Assembly (NCBI GenBank): GCA_025594325.1
Contig: JANHCV010000009.1
Location: forward strand, 1,612,001 to 1,676,000
Direction of reading: 5' to 3'
Origin: Blastocladiella emersonii ATCC 22665
Lineage: Eukaryota; Fungi; Blastocladiomycota
Length of the DNA: 64,000 nt
The position numbers were made by a program, and so were the translations under genes. Numbering within the stretch: the first letter of the stretch is position 1; each line of letters begins with the position of its first letter. The notes below the pieces were generated by a model. It saw only the letters and a list, made by a program, of their open reading frames with translations. It made no database searches and was not told the DNA's origin. Below, piece by piece: positions 34,454-45,868 of the stretch.

Positions 34454-37400
34454 GGTGGTGGTAGTCGTGGTCGCGGTGGGCGTTCGGCTGCGTGGCGGGT
34501 ATGAGGTATGGAGTCTGCTACCGAGCGGGGATAGCATGGGGAGAGAAGCGACCGGCTCGCGGGGGCGGGCGCGCTTTTGAGAGGCCGGCCGGGGACGGGG
34601 ACGGATGCGAGTGCCGCGCACGCGAAGAGCAACGATGCACCGGCGACGCGTCGCGCACCGCGTGACGGACGATTGGAGACAACCGCACGTGGCCGCGGTG
34701 CGAGACAGGAGAGACGCGTCGCGGAATCACGCGAGCAGCGCGTGTGTCTCGCGCTCCGTGTCCCGCGGCGCCGTACCGCGTGTAGGCCGAGTCCCTTGGG
34801 TCGAGTCGATGGCACGAGCGACTACGCAAGGTGCGCCCCGGCGGCGAGCAACAGTCGCTGGCTAGCTGGGGAGGTGGAGAAGGGCTCCGGCGCCGCCACG
34901 CACGCGACCGGCACGTCGCCGCCGAGCCTCCCCCGCGTTCCCATGGCCGCCTCAACCGCTGCTGGCGCGATCGGACGTCGCTGCTCCTCTCTCTACAGCA
35001 CCCAAAGCGACTCGTAATCGCACCCGACAGTGCCTGCAACGCGCCGCTGCCGACCCGCACCGCATCTTGGGCCGGTGCAGGAGTCCCGCGGTGCCCTGTG
35101 GCGAGTGCTCCGCGATGGTGGCACCCGCTCCAGACTCTTCCTTGAGCCTTCATGCCGCACTACTGGGCCGTTGGAGCAAGCAGCAGATGGCGACCAAGGT
35201 TGAGGATGTGACTGCCACTGTGAACCTTGAGCGCAGAACCCGCTCGTCGCGCTCGCGAGCTGGCCTTCATCCATCCACATGGCTTCTACATCCTAGTTTC
35301 TCAGCCTTATCATCTACGAGGCTGATTCATCGTCCATTCTCACGATCCCATCCATCCGCGGGGGCGACTGTTTGAGCGCGAGCAGCCGTCCCTCCCTCGC
35401 GGCCGCTGCGAGCGCACGGTGTGGTCCGTCGCCGCGTTTGAACTCGTGCCGCAGAGCGACGGCCCCTGACGGGGCAATCCGGAGACGCGCCCGATGCACC
35501 TTGTCCCAAGCAGGGCAAAGAGCAACGTCACGGGAAGCGCGCCGAAACGCGTCGCGTCGCAGCTTCACGTGGGACGGCTGCTCCGCTTGGTGCCCTCGCT
35601 CGCCGGCGACGTTGCCGACCCGCATCACACTAGACCTGCCCTCTTTATCCCCACCACGGCTTCTCGTGGCTGCCCCACTCGCTGCAATGTATCTTACCGA
35701 CCTTCCCGGCCGTCCTTCTGGACAGGCTCGCTCTCGCGCGCCTTCGCGGTGCCACCACCCCCGCTGGCACTCCGAACCCTCTTCGCTTCTCCGTTATCTC
35801 CCGCTCTAGCGCTTCCCTTGATCGCTTTCTGCACCGTTGCTCGTCTTACTCGTCCTCATGGCGCTCGGTACCGGCGGTGCTCGCCGAGTTGCGCGCGCGG
35901 AGCCCCTTGCGCGAGATCCTCAACATGCAGCCACTTGACGACGCAGAAAGCCTCCCGGCCAACCCCCAAAACGGCACCCGTATCTCACTTGCCGCATCGC
36001 ACGCGGCGTCAATCGAGGATTCCCCGTTGTTTTCTGCCGTCACGCCCCGTGTCAAGCTGACGTGGCCCGCATCCACCTCGACGGAGGTACGACGTACAGG
36101 CTCGCCTCTTGTGTCCTCGGCACGTTTCCTCGCCGAAATATCTCGCTGCACCGACTCCGGCCACGGTCGTCCTACCTCCACTTCCGCGACGCGCCATGGT
36201 CGCCCACCTCGCTTGTTCCGCGCGCGTCGGACGCGTCGCTTGCCGTTTCCCTTCTCGAATGTTGCACCAAGCGCGCCAAGACTCTTTCAGGAGGCGGCCT
36301 CTTATTTTGTTCACCGAACGGACCCGACGGACGTGTTGCTCGTGTGTTCGCGGTCGCCGCGAGGTCCTCGACGTGTGGCAGCCCGACGCGTTTAGAACCG
36401 GTCCGCCTCCTCGCTCTCCTCCCGACCGCTTGTTCGCCACCCACCAACTCTCTCACCCCCGCACACTCCATGCAATGTCATTACCCCATGAACCGAGACC
36501 CGACCCCTCGGTCCGCCTGCACACCACTTCCAGCTGCGGCGCTGCCCCTACGTGTCTCTCGGCACGACCTGGGCGGAGCCCTTGTCGCACTCTGACGCCG
36601 ATAGACGACGCGTCCGGGCAGGGTCTTCGTCGCCCGATGCGGCGTGGGCGCGGACATACGCAGGCATTCGAGTCGTCTCCGCGGCGGCCACACCGAAAGA
36701 AGGTGTGGTCCTCCTGCTGCGAGCCTAGCGAATCCACCACTTGTTGTTCCCGTGTGCTCTTCGTTCCCGGCGGGTCGCGATAGCTCGTCCATTGTCCATC
36801 GGGGGTGCCGAGCCGGAGCAGCCTTGGCAGTGAAGGAAATAAGCTGCCCTGGCGGGATCTCAGCGGACGGTGGTGGGGGTTTCGTGCCGCGCACGTTTTC
36901 ACTTGGATTATTGCACCTCCTCCCTCTTTTCACTTCGCATCAACGTGCCGGGTCTCGGTTTCGGTGCGTACCCTGCCTCGCGCGGTCCTCCTCGATGACC
37001 GGGTGACGTACCCGCTAGAGGGATCCGCGCGGAGCGCGTGGGTGCGCCTTGTGGTACGTATCATGGGTACGTGCGCTTTGGTTCCACCCTCCGTGGTCGC
37101 GCGGAGCAGTGTATCGCTACTTTATGATCCCTGGCCCTCGGGGCGGGGCAACTGGCTCCGCTGGGAGAATATGTTGCTAGCATTATGCTCTCTGTCTTTC
37201 GCTTCCCGTGTGTCCTCTCTCCAAACTCGAACTCAATCGCATCCTCGGCGACTCACACACAGCCCTCCCTGAGCGACGCGTTGTGTAACGCACTGGGTGC
37301 CGCCGTGCTGAGCCGAGCCCAGAACGTCGCCGACCAGCGACGATCCGCCAGCAAGCGACCATCGACTTCTATAGCGTATCAGCGCGTTCGAAAGAGGGCC

Positions 37401-37766
37401 ACCGAAGCCCCTTGGAGCGAAGATAGGAAGCACCGAGGAGGCGCGCGGGACAACCGGAAAGCACCGACCGCGTTGCGCCACTCAGCGGAGCTCACCTGAC
37501 CGGACTTGACCAGCCCCTCTGTGAACGCGCCGCTCCGCGTCTCGCGCTCCCGGACAACAGCTAATGCGCTGCCTCAATCGCCATGGACGCTTCCGCACAA
37601 CATGCAATGAATCACCCGCAATCCACTCTTGCAATTTTACCCATCAAACGTCGTCACTCGCGTCCTGCAGTTCGCAACGCCGCGGCCCACCGTCACCGCC
37701 GCCGCGTCGGCGCTCCTCGCTGCAGGTGCGCGTGAGCGGTACACGCATGCCTCCTGAACCTGCGCC

Positions 37767-39389
37767 TTGGTCTGCCGATATCTCGCGGCGGCCGGTGTCC
37801 CCAACAAGTTTGACCTCCTTTCGATCCCGTGGTCCGCGGACAGCGTCGAGCCGACCCACGAGCTTGTTGCCGTGCACCTCTCAACTCTGCTTCTTCGCCG
37901 CATCTCCCCTGAGGACGCGTCCAATGCCGGAACACGTCTAGCCGGTCACGTTGCTATATCAGTACGGAACGCTTCGAGCCGCGCACTCCCGACTGCTTTG
38001 TCAGGCCGTGGCACTTGACTATGGCGAGCTCTTGATGCGCCTCATGGGTCGCGCCATGGCTCTCCACCCTCCTCATCTCCTTGGCCATTCGCATGTTGAA
38101 ACTATTTATTGGCTCCTGGTCGTCGAGGATGCAATTCATGCGCTTCAACCACGACGATTTGTACCAAGGTTCAGTGTGACACTTCCCGAGTTCCTCGCCT
38201 TTCTCGATTGTACGTTCGCAAATACCCGGCCCCTCGCGCTCCTCCTTGGCGACCGCGACTTTCAGGCGAGCGAAGCGCGCGTCGCCGAAACTTTGGGCAC
38301 CGAGTTCTCACCGCAGACGGTCACGGCCCATTTCCGCGTCGCTGCGCCCGGAAGCTCCGAGCTTGATGTGCGGACAGTGGACGTGCTTGCTCTCGCTCCC
38401 TCAGATCCTGATGGCGTGGCGGCGCCTGTCCGCGCACGGTACGCTGACTTTGCCGTCGAGTCGGGCCCGCTGTTCTTCCGCCTGCTGATTGTGCGGCTTG
38501 CTGGTCAGTACAGACTACCGCCTTGGAACCACCGTTGCTCAATCCGGTGGTCGGCAAGGACATTCGCAAGAACTTGATGAAGCTGATCGCTGAGTGTGTT
38601 CCGGTCGCAGACCTTGAGATCTGGGACTCGTGCGGCGTCATGGACCGCGAACTTTGGGGCTTCGCGCTTGCCACCGTTGTGACGCGGGCTGATGTCGAGT
38701 ATATCAAACAGCTCTGTGGCCGTTCGCCAGCGGAGTGGAAGCAGCTCAACTCGACGGTCCGGGTTGAGGTGCTGAGTCTAACCAGGCGCAGCGTGTTGTT
38801 CACTTTGCGCTTGAGTCCGGTGACCAGCCCGCTCCCGACTTGGCCGGCCTCGTGCGGGCTTCCATCGGCCTGCATCCGAAGCGCGTCATGCGCGCGTTAC
38901 GTGTCGAAGATCTCATACTCGACCTCGTACAGCTACTTGCGCTGCTTGTCCCGCATTACGACCAGTTCCAAGGCGACGGTCATCGCTACATAGCGTCTCC
39001 GACTTTTGCTTACCTGATCATGGCCGCGATGACAGGCCTCGCGACCCGAAGCCGTGTGCTCAATGCGATTTAGCGTTTGTCGCTCCGAAACACAATCGTG
39101 AAGATCATGATCAACTCGGGTGACGCGGACTGCCCAATCTCAGCTCAAGCTCAACATGACCGACATTGACATCTGCACGAAATGCCCCCTCGCCGCACAG
39201 GGGCTGTTCTGCGACGCACTCGCGCTGGACCTAGAAGCCATGCCGGATGCGCTTCGCGGGTTTCTGCATGACGTAAGTACTTTCGGCTTCGCTTCAGTCG
39301 GCACGCCGGAACCGAAGCCCATAGAAATCCGCGCCAGAACAGCTGTGACTGTGCAGTCGTTCGGGCTCGCCGGACGGCTTCTGTTCTAA
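37767..39389 (+). pseudogene. Frameshifted lineage-specific gene, left copy
   Basis: Five consecutive same-strand ORFs in shifting frames, four of them overlapping (37767, 37951, 38523, 38840, 39120), with protein-like composition. No family recognised. Confidence 0.45.
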
Positions 39390-39479
39390 GCAGCCCCGGC
39401 GCTTGCTGCCGAGCTTCCTCGAACGGCACAGCTCAGTTGGAGTCTGGGCGCTTCTGCCAGCCGCTGGCATCAAAGAGAT

Positions 39480-40038
39480 GAACCGCGCGCGAGTCGGGCA
39501 GGGCGGCGCGGCTAACCGAGGCCGTGGCGGCAGAAACTCGGCCCGGTGCACGCGTTGCAGCGTGACGTGCTGCCGCAGCCGGCGACGGCGGCGGAGACGC
39601 TGTTCGAGATGGTGCGGCGGTTCCCCGTGGTCGCCTTCCAGGCCGCAGTGCAGCAGCTCGTGACGGGCGGGGCCGACGGCCGCGTCGTGGTGTGGGACCT
39701 GCGCACGGCCACGCGCCTGCACGTCATTGACGCACACTCGCGCAGCATGCCCGTGTCGTCGGCGGTCGCGTTCACGCCCGACGGGCGCAGCGTGGTCAAC
39801 GCCGCGCTCGGGGGACACCGCGGCAGCGGTCGAGGTGTGGTCGCCGCCGTTGGGGCTCATGCACCTCGTCGGCGCGGTGGCGGGCGGCAACTCGCTCAAG
39901 GAGGTCAAGGCGTTCGCGTACGCGAGCCCGTCCGGTTCAAGCGCGGCGAGCGGGTGGATGGATGGTACAGCTCGCCGTGTCCGAGCACACACCATCGAGC
40001 TGGCCGAGGGCGGCAGCCGCGTCCGGTTCTGGATCTGA
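39480..40038 (+). pseudogene. WDR7: WDR7-like C-terminal fragment, left copy
   Basis: RLTEAV..LGP..RD..AT..LFEMVRRFPVVAF..QLVTGGADG..WDLRTATRLHVIDAH..AVAFTPDGR..VEVW..RVRFWI* matches the WDR7 C-terminus. Frameshifts near 39,530 and 39,810. Confidence 0.7.
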
Positions 40039-40149
40039 CGTTTTGGCGAGGTTGAATGGATTCCGGATAGATTGTTGTTGACCACGGTGGCCGTAGTAGT
40101 CGCCGCGCTCCTCAGAGCGATCGAACGCAAAGTGGAATGGATGGAGTGA

Positions 40150-40229
40150 AAAGTGTCTCGCACCCGCCGCGTGACTGAGGCGCAAGCCACTACGCGTCTT
40201 CACCTCGCGCATATCAAAGTGTCTCGCAC
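40150..40229. promoter_or_regulatory. Two direct copies of aaagtgtctcgcac (40150-40163 and 40216-40229); mirrored at 52,363-52,442
   Basis: Exact 14-mer repeated 66 bp apart, about 0.55 kb upstream of the 427-aa gene. A regulatory role is inferred. Confidence 0.35.
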
Positions 40230-40742
40230 TGAGTGGACCATGCTGCTAGCTCGCATTAGCTCCCATCTTACCAAGCTAGTGGAGTACAGAAGTGTCGATT
40301 GATCCGGCCGCGGTCGTCATCAAGCGGCTCTACAGCTCAGTGCGACAGCGGCAAGCGTGAACCGCGAAACACACACGAACGAATAAAACCTGAGCAAAAC
40401 TTCCTTGGACCGAGCGACGTTGGACAGGTAGGTTTACTGCTTCATTTGCACGCTCGTAGCAGCGAGTGGGATGTGAGGCAAGCCAGTCGAGAGTGTGCAT
40501 GCATGCATGCCCGCTGAGCGGAGCCTTGACCGAAAGCGAACCCTACAAATGCTCGAGCTCGCCTCGGCACTCTTCCTCCCGCTCCCTCGACCTGGCATCG
40601 CCTTGGTTACCCCGGTACTCTCAATTTCGCCTTCAACGCAAGCTTCCCCGAGTACCCCCTGTACGCTCTCGTACAAGCCCGCCCCGCACGACGATACACA
40701 CACGTTCGCACCCGCGCACCCCGTACCACCATCACCGCCACC

Positions 40743-42026
40743 ATGTCGCTCCTCGCCAAGCTCTCCATGGTCTCTTCGTCGTTCCCGACTGGTACCCGCG
40801 CGCGCGCAAACGTTTTCTCGTCGTCGAGTCGCACTGCTCCGATGGCGGCCCATGTTCCCTCCAAGGACTCGGCTGCCGCCTCCGACGCAGTTGCACCTAC
40901 TCGCCCCGTCTCGGCCGGCCATCCCGCCGTGGCCTGCTCCTCGACCGGGTCGCAGCAGCCGCTTCCGCTCGCTCAGGTCGGCAACCTCGCCGACTCGGGC
41001 GTCGTGGCCTCCACCCCGACCGGCTCCACGCAGCGCATCCACTGCGCGTCGTCGTCGTCGGGCCCCAAGATTACCACCACCACCACCACCAAGGCCGGCG
41101 CGCGTGCGCACGCGGCGGCTGCCGCGGTCCGCCACGCGGCGCAGTCGGCCTCGTGTGCCGTTCGCCGCGCCGCCCTCGCTGTTCCCGCCGCCGGTACCGG
41201 CGCCGCCGCGCGACTCGGCCAGCTGTTCAGCCGCTGCTGCCGCCAGCAGCAGCAGGCTGCCCAACTGACCGGCGTCGCCGCGGGCCTCGACTTTATGGCG
41301 CGCAACGGCGACCCGCTCGCGTGCCCGGGCGTCTGCGGCACGCGCAGCGCCGAGGTGTTCCGCCTCATCGACACGAACCAGCTCGGCTCGAGACGCTTCG
41401 ATGACGACGTGGACGAGGAGATGCCCCAGTGGGAGTGCCAGACGCTGCGCCGCATCGAGCGGACCATGCCGGCCGTCCTCGTCGACTTTCTCGGCCCGCA
41501 GCTCACCGACTTCCGCACCGAGAAGGCGCTCTCGCCCGCGGCCATCCACCAGATTGCCGCCGAGATCCGCGAGCACTCGGACGTGTATCAGTACGTCGTG
41601 TCCCGCTTCGAGCTCGACGCGGCCCAGAACAACTTTTCGGGCCTGCCGCGCGACCCGGTCCTGCGGTCGGCGATCGCGGCGCTCGACGCCAAGCTCAAGC
41701 CGATGCTGCGCTTCAAGCAGCAGCAGCAGCAGCCCAAGCAGCAGCAGGCGCAGCAGAGTGGCGGCGTGTCGTTCCGCACCAAGCAGCACGCGGCCGACTT
41801 TGGCGCTTACGTCCGGTACATGGGCCGCGTGCACGACGCGGACATGCAGTTCGGCGCCAAGTCCGAGTCGGGTGGCCCGGGCGCCGCGGCGCGGTCCCTC
41901 GCGGCGCTGTCGGTACTGCACCTCACGGGCACCAACGTGCACGACTCGCGCACCGACACGCGCTTTGCCCGCGACGCGCCCGTCGCGCTCTACTACCTCT
42001 TCGCGGTGAGCCGCCTTGCTTTCTAG
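40743..42026 (+). CDS. Orphan 427-aa protein, intronless, left copy
   Basis: ATG in caccATG context, strong C/G third-position bias, Ser/Ala/Thr-rich N-half, globular-looking C-half with poly-Q, and a T-rich 3' flank after TAG. Confidence 0.75.
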   Translation: MSLLAKLSMVSSSFPTGTRARANVFSSSSRTAPMAAHVPSKDSAAASDAVAPTRPVSAGHPAVACSSTGSQQPLPLAQVGNLADSGVVASTPTGSTQRIHCASSSSGPKITTTTTTKAGARAHAAAAAVRHAAQSASCAVRRAALAVPAAGTGAAARLGQLFSRCCRQQQQAAQLTGVAAGLDFMARNGDPLACPGVCGTRSAEVFRLIDTNQLGSRRFDDDVDEEMPQWECQTLRRIERTMPAVLVDFLGPQLTDFRTEKALSPAAIHQIAAEIREHSDVYQYVVSRFELDAAQNNFSGLPRDPVLRSAIAALDAKLKPMLRFKQQQQQPKQQQAQQSGGVSFRTKQHAADFGAYVRYMGRVHDADMQFGAKSESGGPGAAARSLAALSVLHLTGTNVHDSRTDTRFARDAPVALYYLFAVSRLAF

Positions 42027-42715
42027 TTGGTTGGTTTCTTCTTTTGTGTTCATTTGTTCATTTTGATGTGCGTGGCGACCTCCGCCCCCGTCTGTATATA
42101 CCCTGTTCCGTTTTCTACACCCCACACTAGTTGAGAGCTGCTCATCGTGCTTGCTCTTTCCCTCCAAGCTTCGAGAATCCTGACTTGGCCTGAAACGGGG
42201 AGGCTGATCGTCCGAGCGCGATGTTCATCTCGGTCGGTCGCAACAGGAGGGAGCGGAAGTGGGTTGTGTGGTGGCGGGATCGGAAAGCAGCACACTGGGA
42301 CCAGCACAAGGTGTGCGTGCAGCAGCGAGGTTGAGGACCGCAGGCCTCGAAGTCGACGATCAAGAAGAACACGCTGCCGCTGACCCACAGCCCTCGGAAC
42401 TCGCCGCCACAGCTGCGCACGGTCGATCGGGATGTCGGTACGGCGGCATACTGAGGCGGACTGCGCGCAGCCCACGACGCCAGCAGGCAGGCCGTGCGCG
42501 TGGGACGCGACGTAGACGTAGAATAGCAACGGATCGATGATGTGCAGCAAGTCAAGTCTCGAGTCCATTGGTTTCCATCGCTTGAGAGTAGTTGCCAAGG
42601 AGCGGGAGCAGCGAGAACGTCGGGCAGCGACGTGGCGCTTCCGCGCGTTGACCGTCCTCGCCCAAACTCTTCGCGGCCGATCCTCCCCTCCACCAACCAC
42701 CCTCACCGAACCGCC

Positions 42716-43752
42716 ATGAAAGACACCATGCAAAGCGAGGCTGGTCCTCTACCGCTCACTCTTGCGAGTTTACCGTCCGACGTCGTTGATCCGGTTCTCG
42801 CGCTGGCCGAGCCGCGCTCGCAACTCTCTGCGCTGGCCGCTTCAACTCGCCGTCATTCCGCGGCCCGCGATGGGATAATGCCCGCTTGTTGGGCGCGTCC
42901 CCGCATCAGTCCGCTCTAGCAGCAGCTGCGACCCTCTAGCAAGTCCATGCTGTGCTTCCCGCTTGAGAGCACACCGAACGCTGACAAGCACCTTGTGGAC
43001 TTGCTGATGGGGAACGATCTCAGAGAGCGAACTGTTTGGGGCCACCGCTGCTCGTTCTTCGCGTCGCTTGCGCGCTGCCCATCCAACCGGGACCAGCTTG
43101 ACCGGCTCGACGCTGAACTCTTGCTGGAACGGGTTCGGAGCCGCCGTGCCTGGTCACTCGACCACCCGCGCCTTCACACGCGCACCGGACGTTTCTCCAC
43201 GTCCTATTTGGAGCGATGGCAACGGACCAGACCGAGCCAGCCCATCGATTTCACACTTGCGGCCTTTTCTAAGCTTTTTGATCTTTCCGCGGGAATTGCC
43301 GTTCGGTGCTCGCTCCGTCGCAGCTAGACATTACTCGTCGCTGCATACGCTCCCACGAAACAGCCAGTTTGCTTATTCTTGGGGCTAAAATGCGCTCCAA
43401 CGCGCTCAGCCACCAGGTCAACTCGCTTGGACCATGGATATTCTCTGACGTGCTGACAACCAGTTCGATCATGGGTCCCATGAACTCGGCTTCCATAGAT
43501 ACTTGCAACAGCTTGCATCGCTTGCCGCTTCGTCCGCGTCATCATTTCGAGGCCGAGCTCGTCCGCCAACCCTTATGGAATCGGCATGACCGCACTGGAT
43601 TCTCGCTTTATACCGACGCTTCGGGAACTTTCGACATCTCGGGCGGCGTATCTGGCTTATCGCGTAGGCTCTCGCTTGAATAGATGCCGACCACGGTGTT
43701 CACGTTGGCAGTCGCAACCATCGTGGCACAGCTTACCATAGCGCAGCTATAA
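42716..43752 (+). pseudogene. F-box-like protein pseudogene spanning the left inner arm boundary
   Basis: MKDTMQ..LTLASLPSDVVDPVLAL is F-box-like. In-frame TAG 42917-42919 (SPL*QQL), a probable frame change near 43,310, and TAG 43681-43683. The part beyond 43,314 is assigned tentatively. Confidence 0.45.
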
Positions 43753-44178
43753 TCCAGCTCATGACCATTCTCTATGCACTCACGCCTCACTCTCTATAAT
43801 TACTATTTGCACTCTCTCCCACGCCCTTTAAGACTTTGTTGAACCGCGCCCGCGCGCGGTTTTTGTTGTCGATTTTCGTTGATGGCCAGATGGTCGACAG
43901 CACGCGCCGCGGACGTGGTGCACTCACGCCCGCGACGACAATGCTCTGACCGAGGTGCTAGCTAGCACTGGATGCGCGTCGGGAAGAACTGGAGCCCGCA
44001 TGTCAGTACACGTCGGACAGGTTTTCAGGACGACCGAAGAGGGAACGCGTACCCGTGCCGCATCGTGGTGGTGCTCAACCCGCGAGGGAACCGACTTGAC
44101 GGACACGCGCGACGAGGCCAGCTCGTGCGGCTGTTGCTGATAGTTCTGGACCGACTTAGCGGACTCGATGGCGTGGAT

Positions 44179-45868
44179 CTACACAGTTGCGCGAGTGAGC
44201 CGATCGATCGACACGGCCGAGGCGATAACCGCAGAACGCACCGAGGTGGTTGACTTGGAGCCGACGACGGCCGACTGCTGAACAGCCGCGGTGGCGGCCT
44301 TGGCGCTGCTGGTGCGGAGGCCGAGACGGTTGAGGATCCCCTTGGCGAGACGCACGGGCGCCGAGGAACGCTTGTGCGGAACATGCTACGGGTTTCGGCG
44401 GTACGAGAGTCAGAGTCAAATCTTGCGGACGCGCGAGGGGAGGAGCGTACCAAGATGCCGCAGAACTCGACCGCGATGGTCGACTTGCCGTGGCCTGTAA
44501 CCGATACGGTCGGCGCGGGCTTGGAGTTGGCGGCGAGGACGCCGGGCTTGGTGGCAGTCGTAGTCGCCGCGGCGGGCGGCATGGTGGCGGTGTCGACCTT
44601 GACGCCCGAGTCCACCTTGATCAGCGCGGGCTGGGCCGGCTTCTTGACGTCGGCGGCGGTGGTCTGCGCCGCGACCTGCTGCTGCTGCTGCTTGGCCGGC
44701 TCGTCGATCGCGGCGGCGAGCGGGGCCGGGAAGTCGACCTCGCCGCCGAACGCCGACTTGACGGCCATGTTGGTCGGGAGGTCGGACTCGGTCGCGTCTT
44801 CGTGGGGATCGAGGTGGAACGCGAGCGCTCGTGTTGGCGGCGACGGAGGACACGCTGTCGCACGTGTTGGTGAAGGCCGAGTGGACGGCCTCGGCCGACT
44901 CGACCGAGATCTCGAGCTCGTCGTTGATCGGGTACATGGCGACCATGCTGGCCGAGCGCGAATTGCGCACGGGAACGAGGTCTCGGGACAGGTTGGTGGC
45001 CATGCCGAGCGAGCCGGCCGAGATGGACCGCGCCAGGGCCGTGAGTGCGCGAGGTGCGAGAGGCTACACGGGGAGCAACAGTGAGCGATTGTCCGTACAT
45101 GACTAGTATCAAACGATATAGTACCGAGAATGTGTTGCCGAGAAGTGTTGTAGGGCCGGCGGCGATGGGACCCGTTGATGCCGGCTTGCGGCTGATCAGG
45201 TCGACGATGTACATGCTGCCGTCGTCGGAGATGCCGAAGAAGATGTGGGTGCCGGCGAACGTGATCGAGTAGAGGCAGGCGGTGGCGTGCGGGCAGAAGA
45301 TCACGATGACGGTAGCCGAGACGCGCAGGTGCAGGAGGCCGCTGTGGAAGTAGGCCGAGCGCGAGTGGCGGTACTCGGAGAGCGAGAGGGTGGCGATGCC
45401 GTGAGCCTGGAGCCAGCCAGGGTGCGTGGAGTGGAAGAAGTCGAACCGGATCACGAGCATCGTGACCTGGCGCCGGGCGAGCGTGGTGAAGATCGAGTCG
45501 ATGGCCGGGAGCAGGTGCATGGCAAAGAGACGCGACGCGAGTTTGGTGAAGACGGCAGCCAGGTGGTCCGCGTGGTAGTGCGAGACGGCCGTGGCGATGA
45601 GCAGCGAGTAGTAGCCGTGGATGCGCGAGGGCTTGGCGAGCAGCGAGGCGATGGCGACCGTGGTCGTGGCCGAGACAGAGTACAGGTTGACGGTGGCAAA
45701 TTTGCGGGTGGCGAGGTTGCGCGTGGCGGTCGACGCGATGATGAGGTCCGAGGACGAGCAGGCGGTGGCGGTGGCGGGCACGGCAAAGTTGGACCCGGCG
45801 AGCACGACGGCGCTGAGGCCGATGATGGCCGCGAGGGCGAGCGCAAGCAGGATCATGAAGAGATCCAT
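44179..45868 (-). pseudogene. Diverged paralogue of the arm membrane protein, one frameshift; introns 45064-45124 and 44386-44450
   Basis: MDLFMILLALALAAIIGLSAVVLAGSNFAVPATATA aligns with MDPIAIILALGLALMALF..AFAIPAVSATA. Both introns have GTAC donors and TAG acceptors and are in phase. A frame change near 44,825 has no canonical intron to explain it. Confidence 0.55.

Larger units (their letters stand above)
28592..43314 (+). repeat. Left arm of giant inverted repeat (may extend further left)
   Basis: Track ORFs here have mirror ORFs with identical translations whose coordinates sum to 92,592 (e.g. 40743..42026 and 50566..51849; 32138..34621 and 57971..60454). Base 64,000 pairs with 28,592. 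Confidence 0.98.

Noticed and set aside
42293-42316. HWDQHKVC as a MYND zinc-finger remnant
   Set aside because: The spacing is one residue short of W-x-x-H-K-x-x-C and the upstream cysteines are absent.
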